Source: Octopus bimaculoides
Lineage: Eukaryota
DNA length: 60,554 nucleotides
NCBI RefSeq assembly: GCF_001194135.2
Contig: NC_068991.1
Span: forward strand, 16,146,438 to 16,206,991
Direction of reading: 5' to 3'
Part shown: one piece after another, positions 48,940-60,554 of the stretch
Position numbering within the stretch: the stretch's first letter is position 1
Layout of the letters: each line of letters begins with the position of its first letter
The notes under the pieces: model-generated
The model's database searches: none
Told to the model about the DNA's origin: nothing
The model's input: the letters and a program-made list of their open reading frames with translations, nothing else
Position numbers and translations under genes: made by a program

Positions 48940-49330
48940 AAGAGAGGTTCTCTTTAGGCCAAATGTTTCAACCCCAACAGCTGCTGATACTCCACAAGGC
49001 TCAGATGAGGTCCACAATGGAATACCGCTCCCACATCTGGGACAGTGCCACTGCTACACACACTGACAGCCTAAATTGCATTCAAAGAAGGACCACTCGA
49101 ATGACTGGCACTCCATATCTAATAGACTCACACCTACAGGCATGCTGTCAACACCCTCTGACTTTTCTATCACTACTATAATAACCTTGCTTCTCAGATC
49201 TGGCTGATTTTGTACTGCCACAAATCAGTGACCCCCACCTCTTATCACCTTTGGTGCATCCAACAACCCCTTTTCCTGGTGCTGTAACAGTAAGAGCCAT
49301 ATCACATCTGCTTTGATGTTCTGATGGGCT
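48940..49330 (+). mobile_element. CR1/Jockey-like LINE RT C-terminal fragment
   Basis: FQPQQLLILHKAQMRSTMEYRSHIWDSATATHTDSLNCIQRRTTRM resembles LYKAQIRPxLEYCSHIW...LDRIQ. Confidence 0.8.
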
Positions 49331-51329
49331 GCCTGCACTTTTAACAGAGTCATTCTTTTATAAAACTCTAGATCTCTCTTTGCCTATGTCTCTTATTGCA
49401 GACGTTGACACAATCTACATATGTTCAGGTTGAACATTAACCAGCCATCAGCGAAAGGAAGAGAGTCCTGCAAATGACATAGGTACTGCTTCTACTCCTC
49501 CTCTTTCTTGTCTTATCAATTCTCAAAGTTCAAAAATTTGTATTGTGAAAACTGTTATCTATGAGATCATTGAAGAAGTCCTCCGATGGTGAGTAAGAAG
49601 CTCTCAAATGGTGGTCTAGCAACACACACACACACACACAGATGTATATCATTGCCATCATTTAACATACATTTTTCCTTGATTGTACGGACCACAATGA
49701 ATCTATCAAAGCAGATTTTCTAGGGCAAGATGTCCTTTGTGTCATGAACCATCACCTGTTTCCAAGCAAGGTTATACTGCCCAAGACCAGATATGGTTTT
49801 CAAGGAAACTGAAAATGAAGAACACCTCAGAATGATGGTGATGGTCATTTACTACCACCATATGATGCCAAGACAAGGATACACACACACACACAACACT
49901 CTCCTTCCACCAAATCCATTCACAAGGCTTTGGTCAGCACAGGGATACAGTACAAGACACCCAAAAGTACCATACAGTGGGACTGAACCCAAAAGCACTT
50001 AACTAGGAGACAAGCTTTACAACCATACCTGTGCCTTACACACACACACACACATGCACTTACATGTATACACAAATATATAATATATATATATATATAT
50101 ACATGCATTAGGAAGGGCATCCAGCTGTAGAAGAGCTACCCAGGCTTCATGTCTGTTTTGGCATGGTTTCTACAGCTGGATGCCCTTCCTAATGTCAACC
50201 ACTTAACAGAGCATACTGGGTGCTGTTATGCAGCACCAGCATGGGTGCTTTTTATGTGGCACCAGCAAGATTAAGAAAGCTGAGTTGAAGAGGGATGCAG
50301 GGGACACCTCTGTTTTGGTAAAATGTAACAGTTGTAAATGAACATCACCACCATAAAAGCGATGTTGTTCATTTCTAGTCTTGCATGGTAAAACATGCCT
50401 AGCTACAGGGAAATATTACCTTGCATTAAAACAGGTCGAAGTTGGCAACAGGAAGGGCATCTGGCTGCAGAAAATCTGCCTCAACAAATTCTGTCTGAAC
50501 CATACAAGCATGGAAAACTGGACATTAAACGATGAAGTCAATCTAATAAATATCAGTGAAATTGGGAGCCCTTAACACATTAAAATACACTTTACATCTA
50601 CTAGGAGTCAGTACATCAGTACATTTTTACCAATCCCCCTGACTTCAGTAACCCAGTAATTGGTTCAGACCGACTCCACAGCTGTGGCTAGAATGCCTTT
50701 GATCTTAGCAGTTTAATCGTGGTTGATGTGAAGCTAAAAACAATAACAAAAGGAAAGGCATATTAGATAATGTAGTCCAAGATAAGTCTAAAAATATATA
50801 GGATTGACATGGATTTTCCACCTTTTATCATGAGTGTACTTGTTTAGGGTTGGTTGATCTTGAATAAACAACAGCTTGAGACTTTGGCCCTGCCTTGTTG
50901 TTGTAACTGCAGGTGTTACCACAAGTGGTACAAAGAGATCTAAAGATCTACACGAGCAACACCAACCTTTCCTTTAAGCCATAAACCACAGACAAAAAGA
51001 GGAGGTGGGACTATGCACATGTTTGTATGTGTGTACACATACACATATATATATCTTTTACTTGTTTCAGATACTGAGCTGCAGTCATGCTGGAGCACTG
51101 CCTTGAAGGGTTTATTAGCTGCATAAATCAACCCCAATACTTATAAACAGAGCTGTGTAAGACGAATAGTCTTCATACTGATGACATGCAAGAATGCAGA
51201 AGTGCAAGCATCCGACAATCTGATGATATCATTCATAGCTTAATGTGTTTTCCTACATTCTGTCTGTGAGAAGAATTTTCTTCTCAGACTATTTTTACAG
51301 AGAAAGATTTTCCCATGTTTCAGTGTTCT

Positions 51330-51710
51330 TTTATTTGTTTCAGTCACTTGACTGTGGCCATGCTGGAGCACCGCCTTTAGTCGAACAAATCAACCCCAGG
51401 AGTGAATCTTTGTAAGTGTAGTACTTATTCTATCAGTCTCTTTTGCTGAACCACTAGGTTACAGGGACGTAAACAAACCAACATCGGTTGTCAAGCAATG
51501 GTGGGAGACAAACAGACACACAAACATATACATATATATATATACAACGGGCTTCTTTCAGTTTCTGTCTACCAAATCCACTCACAAGGCTTTGGTTGAC
51601 CCGAGGCTATAGTAGAAGACACTTGCCCAAGATGCCATGCAGTGAGACTGAACCTGGAACCATGTGGTTGGGAAGCAAGTTTCTTACCACACAGCGATGC
51701 CTGCACCTAT
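51330..51710 (-). mobile_element. SINE family A
   Basis: Consensus match. Confidence 0.85.
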
Positions 51711-51733
51711 AATGAACATGTTAAATAAGGTTG

Positions 51734-52227
51734 TATTGGGTCATCCCATAAATAATGCGGATTTTTTATACTTCTTTTAATTTTCAGAATTAAGATAAAG
51801 TTTTTTTAATTTAGAATATACTCTCCTTCATTTTCTACAATGCTCTTCCATCTATTTGGTAGACTTGCAAGGCCCTTCTTCCAAAATTCACTTGTCTGTG
51901 ATGAAAAATACTCCTCTACTACAGTTCTGACCTCGTCTACAGAATTCATATTTTTTCTGTCCAAATGATTTTGAAGACTGCAGAATAATTAGATGGGGCA
52001 ATGTCCGGCAAATATGGTGGGTGGAGCATTGTTACCCATTCAAACTGTTCCAGCTTTTGGAATGTCATCCTCACTGTATGTGGCCGAGCATCATCCTCAC
52101 ACTAAGCATAAGGGCAAGGTAAAATTACTACCTACTTTTAAAGCAAGTTGATGCAGGTAGTTTATCCTGGCCCCTCCGTTAGTTCATGCAATTGAAAAAA
52201 TTGCATTATTTATGGGATGACCCAATA
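51734..52227 (-). mobile_element. mariner internal-deletion derivative with TA TSD
   Basis: Perfect 25-bp inverted ends tattgggtcatcccataaataatgc. The minus strand encodes FEWVTMLHPPYLPDIAPSNY/...SLQNHLDRKNMNSVDEVRTVVEEYFSSQTSEFWKKGLASLPNRWKSIVENEGEYILN* (YSPDLAP motif; frameshift). Confidence 0.92.
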
Positions 52228-52879
52228 CATTATGTATGTGTGTGTGTATTTACACACACATGTACAACATGGTCCAAGACAGTTTCTGTTTACTAAATTC
52301 ACTCACAAACCATTGGTTGATTCAGGCTAGGCGTGCCATTCAGAATGTTGTAGTTAGCCCATGACTAGAATAGCCTATGCAATATGAAAGAGGTGCGTGG
52401 TACAACAATCATCACAGCTGTTTAACAACATATGTATAGCTCCCCAATCTTACTGGAAAAGTTTAACAGCTAGCCAGTCAGTCAACCAGCCAGCCACCTT
52501 TACGTTGAAGGTTCACTACATATCAATAATTATTTTCTTAAATTAGCTAAAACGGAAACATTAAAAACAAGGTGACTCTCTCCTCCGAATCCGATGTTGT
52601 TTAGTCCCCTAGGTCACCTCTGACGAAAGGCGTTCCACTCATGAACACACCGTTTTTTCTTTTGGTATACTGTATCTAAGACTATATTATTCGATGTAGG
52701 CTTAGATACAGTATGTATCCTCCCTCTCTCCATTTTTTTTTTACGATAGGAAAAAGTGGTTTGAAAGAGATTTAGCTGTAATTTCTAGCAATCAAATCGA
52801 GCACGCAGGAAGCCCTACAAAACCTGACATTTTGAAGACATGTAATTGTAAGGTAAGAACAAAAAATATATAAACAAAA

Positions 52880-53080
52880 TCAAAGGCGGAGGAGGTGGGT
52901 ATCACATGTGATAGCTAATAGATACGAACGGGGGCGGTGTCACGTGGGCGAGTAATCGATATTCCAAAGAACACAAGAGTGCATGGTGCTACCACTGGCA
53001 AGTCCAATAAACCGAGCATGCGCTTTCTTGTGAATGCAGTTAGCTTCCTGTGGTGTCTCGATTAGATATGCTATACATCA
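52880..53080. promoter_or_regulatory. promoter-like motif cluster
   Basis: GGCGGAGG (52885), GC box GGGGGCGG (52930), GTCACGTG (52939), CCAAT (53004) and NRF1-like GCATGCGC (53016), at the edge of a CpG-rich domain. Confidence 0.4.
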
Positions 53081-53229
53081 TAACCGAAAGAGTTCAGGGT
53101 CGAATGAAGTAAAAAAATAATAATAAGTCACCGACAAACCACATCGGTCTAACGATGATAACCGTGAAGCTTCAGAACTGTGTCAGGAGCTAAAAGTATT
53201 AACATTCGTGTATGTGCGTATGCATATAC

Positions 53230-53264
<35 letters not shown>

Positions 53265-54304
53265 NNNNNNNNNNNNNNNNNNNNNNNNNNNNNNNNNNNN
53301 NNNNNNNNNNNNNNNNNNNNNNNNNNNNNNNNNNNNNNNNNNNNNNNNNNNNNNNNNNNNNNNNNNNNNNNNNNNNNNNNNNNNNNNNNNNNNNNNNNNN
53401 NNNNNNNNNNNNNNNNNNNNNNNNNNNNNNNNNNCAAACACAATGTCCGTGCGTGTGAATATCGAATGACCCCATTACTGAAATATGGCTCGTAAATTAG
53501 TTAAAATAACAAAATAAAGTCATTAAATATTAAATATTTCCGACGAGTGAAGGTGTTTTGCAAGTTCTCCTTAGCAGCTGATGCGCATCTTTAAACAGCT
53601 GACCTTATATGAGTTTAGTTGCCTGTGTACAAACAACAGGTCACCGACACACGGATACGCTGGACCTGAACGTGTTCGCTGGGTTTGCTAACACCCTTTT
53701 AATCTTTAAGTGAAAGTGACTTTAGATAATGTAGTCCTTGATATATCGCTGCAAAGACGAAACAGTCACAAATAGAATATGCCTTTAATCACACGTCTGC
53801 TCAATCAATGTTGACACAGAGCTGAACGACAACAACAATCTGATCAGAAAATAATGGACTTAACAAAAACAAAACGTATGTAGTATAAAATAAACTAACA
53901 GGGATCCAAAGTAACTCCAATCAGATTTGACATGTCTATCAACTGGTTAAATTTTGTAGAAATTTAGTTTAAAACCTGAAAACCTGATCAGAAAAGCAAT
54001 AGACTTAAATAGTAGAGATCAAAGGTTTCTATATTAGCACCGTTCACCATTAACAAGTTTGCCAGTGGTTACTAAAATTTTCATAGTTGGCATGAAGCAT
54101 TAATAAACTTCTTATCTTTTTTTACCTAACGTTCATTTTAAAAAATGGTTAAGCCTTAGTGTTTTACAAGAAGTGCATAAGAAGAGGGGAAATGAATGAA
54201 AAAATAAACTAATTATACTCGAAAATGACTGAACCGATTATAATACCCTTTGACATAGATTTCTAAACCTTCACAACAAAAACTTATTGACTATATATAT
54301 GAGC

Positions 54305-54351
<47 letters not shown>

Positions 54352-56329
54352 CATGGAGAGAGAGAGAGAGAGAATAAGGAAGTAGGTGGTAAAAATTAAA
54401 AACTGTGTGTGTGTGTATATATATTGATATATATATATAAAATGCTTAATCGTCAGAAGTCATTAAGTTGACAATCCAGAATTAATTATAGAGCAATTTN
54501 NNNNNNNNNNNNNNNNNNNNNNNNNNNNNNNNNNNNNNNNNNNNNNNNNNNNNNNNNNNNNNNNNNNNNNNNNNNNNNNNNNNNTATATATATTTAAACT
54601 CAGATTTTGATGTCGTTTGATAAATGACATGCACGAAATTCTCGGTGAAGTCACTTTTTTAAGAGGGAGAGAGACAAAATTCATGAAAACAGTATCATTG
54701 CTAAGTGTTGTTTAGCCCCTGGACAGCTGATGGAGTAAACCTACTCACAATAAAAATGAATCCACCCTCGACTATCCCTTATTTCCATATATTTTTCTTC
54801 ACTTTCATCTGTTCATTCGCTTATGTTTCCCCCCGCCCCACATAAGCGTTTTGTCTGTCCTTGTGTTGTCCCCTCTGTGTTAGGCCTTTATGGCTGGTGT
54901 AGGTGCAGTATATAATAAAGACCGCCTAATCTAATGCATCATCGTTCATTATTTTAAAGACAGAAGACGGTTTTATGGAAATTTGACTGTTATTTCTCAC
55001 AGATCGAGCAACCATTTAGAGGCTATTTCGCTAATAGCAAACAAAACATGGATGAAGTGTGTGGGGTAGGTAGAAAATATTCTAACAGCAAAAGAGAAAA
55101 AAAAAACCAAGGTGCTGTTTACTAACCAAAATAGCAAAAGCCAAAATGTTGAACAAGAAATAAAATTACAGAAGACAGAAGAAAAAAAACACGCAAGGAA
55201 CGAAAAAGATCAGATTTTATATAAAAAATATATTGTCTTGGTAATATTACTAGAAGCAAACATTACTAGAAAACAGGAAGTAAATTGAGGTTGATCTCAT
55301 TGCTTCTTTTTTTTTTAATATCGACCTGAGATTTAGATTTTTATAAGGTAGAGTGGGGGTTGGAGGTTGTGAGTAACATTTCCCAAGGACATTCTAACGA
55401 TGTTAGAGGAATTAAGGTGGTTTCAGGTGAGAAATAAAACCGCCACACCAAATCATAAAATAATAGTTTTTTTGTAAAGATTTTTTTTTTTAAATATTAG
55501 GCTAATATATCGTATTGTTCGAGTCGATCTGTTCAACAATATATTAGGTACATGACCACATACTGTCACACACGCTGAAGCAACGAGGGAGGAAAACGAG
55601 CCTGTACATGGTCGCACGAAATGCCATAAATAGCAGCCAAACCCCTTCTTAACTCATATACACTGTCGTCTTAAAAGAAAAATGAAGATATGTTAGATGA
55701 TTTAATCTTGAATATATAGAGAAAAAAATACTTGTGGGCTGACCTGGGGGTTTAACAACAACTACAACTAATACGTTGTTAGAGAAAAGGGGCAATATAG
55801 AATAATGCATAGAATAAACACTGTAACTAGATGAACATGGTTTAACGCCTTTGTTCATAGGCGTATGAGATCAGAACTGACCTGGGGCTAAATTACAACA
55901 CTAATAATATCTGGTTAGTTAGTTGGTAGTGCAAAACTTCATAAACAGGCATCATTGAACGAAGATAGCAAGTGCTTGTTGGCGGAGCCAGCAATGGGCG
56001 GTGTAAGATAAGAAAGGTCACCGCTGCTGCAAAGTGGTAGGGAGATCATAAGGAGTCGATATAGAGGACAAGCTGATATTTAAGAAAGGAAAGATTCAAA
56101 TCAAAAACTGACAAGGGTATGATGAGGTGGGTATACTTAGGAAATTCAGTGAAGAGGTGTAATGAGTAGGGAAGCTGGTCTTGTCACGTAAGAAGGTAAC
56201 CATCCCAAAGAAGAAATTTAGTGGAAATAAGACCTAAAATATATATATATATATATAAACTGAATAATAAATATTTTAAATTTAGGCATTTGGCGAGCTA
56301 TCTTGAAGGGAGACATTCAGCCGATTATA

Positions 56330-56690
56330 TAGCCCCAATACTGGAGTGATACTTTATTTCATCAACCCTGGTGGGGCCAAAAGACAGAGTTGACCTTGGC
56401 GGAATTGGGACTCACAAAAAGAGTAAAGCGCCGAAAATAAAATACTGTAAGGTATTTTATCCGACGCTCTAACGATAATAATAATGGTTTCAGATTCTGG
56501 CACAAGGCCTGAAATTTTAGCGGAGGAGCCTAGTCGATTTCATTGACCCAAGTACTTGACTGATACTTATTTCATAGACCCCGTAAAGATGAAAAGCAAT
56601 GTTGATCTGGACGGGAATTGGATTTAGGGCTAAGAGCCGTAACAAATACTGCAAAGCATTTTGTCTGACGCTCTAACCTAATAACTATAA
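56330..56690 (-). mobile_element. two tandem degenerate SINE family C copies
   Basis: Consensus fragments separated by an (AAT)n tail. Confidence 0.65.
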
Positions 56691-59600
56691 TTATGATGTC
56701 AAATATAAAAATAAAGTGAAAATAGAATAAAATAAAGAGTGATATGTGGGCCAGCAATGACCACTTAAGGTTTTTTTTTAAATATCCTAACGGTAATAAT
56801 TATTAAAAAAAAAAATAAGGGCGTTATTTAAACAGATGTGTTGTGTGTACATTAGACAGAAAGATAAACTGACTAGACAGTCACTTACTTATTTTATTTA
56901 TGAATGTATCATAAATAGTTCGAGTACTAAAGGATAGTTGGTTTTTATAAATTATACACGATACATATATATAAACACGTACACAAAAATCTAAAATGCT
57001 TTTAAGATACAGACATACATTTAAAAGAATATACACTCCACAGCGGATATTTAGCACTGTTGGTAATATAAGCATAACCTATTAATGATAATTTGTGTGT
57101 CTGTGTATGTATATATAAAGATGTGTGTTGTTTTTCAAAAACGATTGATTGTGAGTGGGGTGGCGTGAAGGACGAGAAAACTAGTAACAGTCTGTGGAGG
57201 CAAAGAAAAAAGATAAATTAATGCAATTAATAAGTTAGCTTAGTGTAAACACGAGGGTGTGATACATGGATTGCCCTAACCAGAATTCCGCCAAGAAATA
57301 TATATAAAGACTATTCACTTAAAAGTTGTTTCGCGCCAAGTAAATACTAATCAATCAAGATCCACCAGTGACCATCCTGTTTTATTTTCTTTTAGGTATA
57401 ATGGCTGTGTGGTTAAAATGCTCTTCTCAACCACGTGGTTCGATCCCATTGCACATTTTGGGCAGGTTACCATAGCTTCCAAAACCCCTAAGCGTGAAGA
57501 TCTAAGATCAAAGAACTCCATCTTTTTCATATATACAGGACCATATCATTCAATGTAACAATTGTTTAAGTCGATGGGGTGTGATTTTTATTACCATATT
57601 TCTGTCGAAATATGTTGCCTTTGCTTCAATCAATTTTAAAATGATAGTGAATTAAGTAAAAAACAACTTTGTTATTAATAAGCTAATGTTCAGAACTAAT
57701 ATTAATACGAAATTTTGATGGAAGATTTTAATTTTGATCACTTCAAAACAGCAAATTTATATAAATATATCCAGAGCTAGACATAAGCCCATTTTATAAC
57801 CCTTCCTTGACGGTTAAGTACTTAAAATTTAAAATGTTTTTTGAGATAGCCAGGCGTGATTCGATGAAGATTTGATGACAAACAGGTCAAGCATCACCTA
57901 TTTTACTTAAAAGTACAAGGTGATGGGGAAGGGTATAAGAGATTGATTAGAGAAAGCATAGGGGAATTAGGGAGGGGGAAAAAAGAGAGAAACAAATAGA
58001 ATAGGAATTGAAAAGTCAGCAGTTTTATTAGAAACGTTATGAGGGCAATTTCAATGGTCAGAGTAATATGCGAATTACATGTAATGCGATATTGTTACCA
58101 GCGGTATCCTACTTCACCATCGTAAAATAAATTAAGGAAACAGTTTTGTTTAAACTGATGCGAAGAAAACAAAGCATTTATTAATGTTAAAGAGCATACA
58201 TATGCGGAAGTTTATCACCAAATAAAAAAAAAACTATAAGGCATATTGTTCACGAATTGCTAGTAATATTCGACTGAAATGATTGTTGCCAACAGTCCAA
58301 TTGCGCCAAATAAATTCAGAAAGATACGAGTGAATGCTCGGTTCGTCCCACACTGACGACGAATTTTCCTTTCAGTGTGGCTCCACAGCCCTTCAATTCG
58401 TTCGGTATGCGTTTCTAGATCATTCGGATCAACGAAGTTCCGCGAGTGGTCGATAGTGGATTGGGGATAAATTAAACAAAATTGTTTCCTTAATTTATTT
58501 TACAACAGTAAAATAGAAGACCGCCGTTATTGCCACTGCCTGGCCCGATCATAAATGTTCCAACCGTGACAATTCTGCAATTTTTCTTTCAGTGTAACCA
58601 GGACTACATAAATTAAAGACTGTTTTTATTCAGCCGGTGAGTAGGGTTTGAGGGAGATTTAGCAGTGGTAGTACGAATAGCAGTATATTGTTGTTCAGAG
58701 TTCCAGTCGTGAACATGTCATTTTTACTTTTTAGACATGAAGCTAATTCGTTACTTTTTAAAGACTGCATGTATGCGATTTGAGGAAGATCTTGGTGATA
58801 TTTCTAACAGGCCAAATAATCACAGAAAGAGGTTTGCTCAATAATTCGAATTATTAACGGAAGTTTGATCATAAAACAGAATTAGAACCACGCCTTAGTA
58901 AACTCACGTATTCTGTAACAAGCCTCTCGTCTCTAATACCTTGAAATTAACTATACAATATAATACAGCTGTTTATTTGCTTAGTATTGAGATATTGTGC
59001 AAGGTATCATAGCAGATAGCAATGACAAATATCATAGAAAGACACCGTTGTAGGCAAACCCTTAGCTTCTATCACTTTTCAATCACCGAAAAGTGCTTAT
59101 ATTCATTCTATTCAATAAACTGACACGAAAGAAATGAGTAAAAGATCACGATCGATAAATAGATGTATATACAAACATATGCACTTAGATGTAGAAACGA
59201 GAGAAAAGTACACGATGCATGTAGAGTTTTATTTATTCATTTGAAGCTGAGGCTCGTTTGGAGCGGAGAGTGAAGCCTCAGCTTGGAATGAATGAATGAT
59301 TACACACACGTACATTGAAAGACTAGTTTTATCTAGAGAAATAGGCAAGTGAAGTCAATCATCTGACTTCCTCCCATCCTAGAACTCCATACATCGCCGG
59401 TTACTTTCATACACAAACATAGTACATCTATCTCTATAGATTTACGATTCAGTAAAGCAGTTGAAATAACATCTTTTCTATATTATGATTGACAAAACGG
59501 ATTATTATTTATTTATTTTTTTGCTACTAGCAATATATTTTGTAAACAAATTCGAATGTGTATCTTGATTCTGAATGGATATATTTGTTAGTGTTTGTAC

Positions 59601-60554
59601 ACTACATATACACAGATGTGTGTGTGTGTATATATACATATATACACTCTTGCACACACTTAAAAAGAAAGTGAAAGACTATTTGCAACAGCGAGTGTTT
59701 AACGGCAAAATTAAATATTTGTTGTGAGTTGTTGAAGACTATAATCAGACTACATAATCATGTTACTAATCACTTGAGTATAAGTATTTTCATTAAGAAA
59801 ATAGTTCTTTTCTGGTTAATTTCTTTTTTTTTTTTTACATTGTTTTCGTTTTATACAACACTTTTCCCTCCTAGCCGCTGTCCATTTTTTTTTCCAGACG
59901 ATAGCATTGGCAAGAAGAAAAGAATAGCGTAAAAAATAAAAACGTAACACAACGTGAAAGAGTAACACATGAATATAGTAAGATAAGTCTGACTGACTGA
60001 TAGATGACAAGCGAAAAAACAGATCGACTTACTAGCCCGTATTTTTCTCTCCTCGAGATCCATGGTATTTCGTGAAAAAACGTAGTTTTAGACTGTATGT
60101 TTAATATATATATATTTCTGTGTGTGCGTATATGAGTTTTCCACTTTCTTTCGATTATAAATATATCTGTTTATATATAAATATCTTTTTTTTTTAGCTT
60201 CCCACTCGCTTGCTCATTAGGTACGACCCATGAATTACAAGTCCATGTGTATGCTGGAAGCTAATGCTAAAGTGCCCGACACGTGGCGCCACCACACCAA
60301 TTAGCAAAATACTTGCGGGGAGACAATTAAATGACAGGAGCAGATAACTCTTGTCATATGTTTCGCTGAGTTTTATCTCTTCATAGACAAGGAAAAAGTA
60401 TTAGAGACCAGTGTCTTCTATTATAGCCCCGGGCTGACCAAAGTTCTGTGAGCGTATTTAGTAGAAGGAAAGTAAAAGAAGCCTGTCGTGTGTGTGTATG
60501 CATGTATGTACGTAAAAAAAGACATTTATATATAGATAGATGTATGTATGTATA

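Overview
Eukaryotic, AT-rich, repeat-dense genomic scaffold with 8 N-gaps. The tRNA-headed SINEs with microsatellite tails, the RTE 3' ends and the (TA)n/(CA)n load suggest a coleoid cephalopod such as Octopus (inference). The only host gene I can reconstruct is a minus-strand BAX-like Bcl-2-family gene. Five coding exons (8985-8839, 7944-7860, 2142-2010, 690-592, 358-248) have canonical GT-AG sites and compatible phases. They give (E)PPRKNLNRDDVGNQARCLLNQFIHDRMENEGFENPLQESNLIEPDTPTGPPMSQLEEIGRALRCIGDELDGDQRLQDLVSRIEPEDIPNTFLNVASAIVSVNLTWDIVVRFFYFAYKMAIKALDRIPLIRAIINLVINFIVDNLADWILSRGGWEAIVEYFGTPKRQAFGVLIAGVLISVGVYAWKSIGN*. The start-codon exon is not firmly located. There are two main surprises. 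First, a ~650-bp homotypic cluster of p53-family half-sites, many arranged as contiguous pairs or triplets (17054-17710), lies upstream of BAX exon 2. Second, this BAX has an intact BH3 and BH2 but its BH1 NWGR signature is replaced by TWDI. The rest of the window is SINEs (at least 4 families), RTE and CR1-like LINE fragments, mariner, pogo, hAT and piggyBac-like remnants or MITEs (often nested), microsatellites and one 60-bp minisatellite. Nearly all ORF-track entries are spurious.
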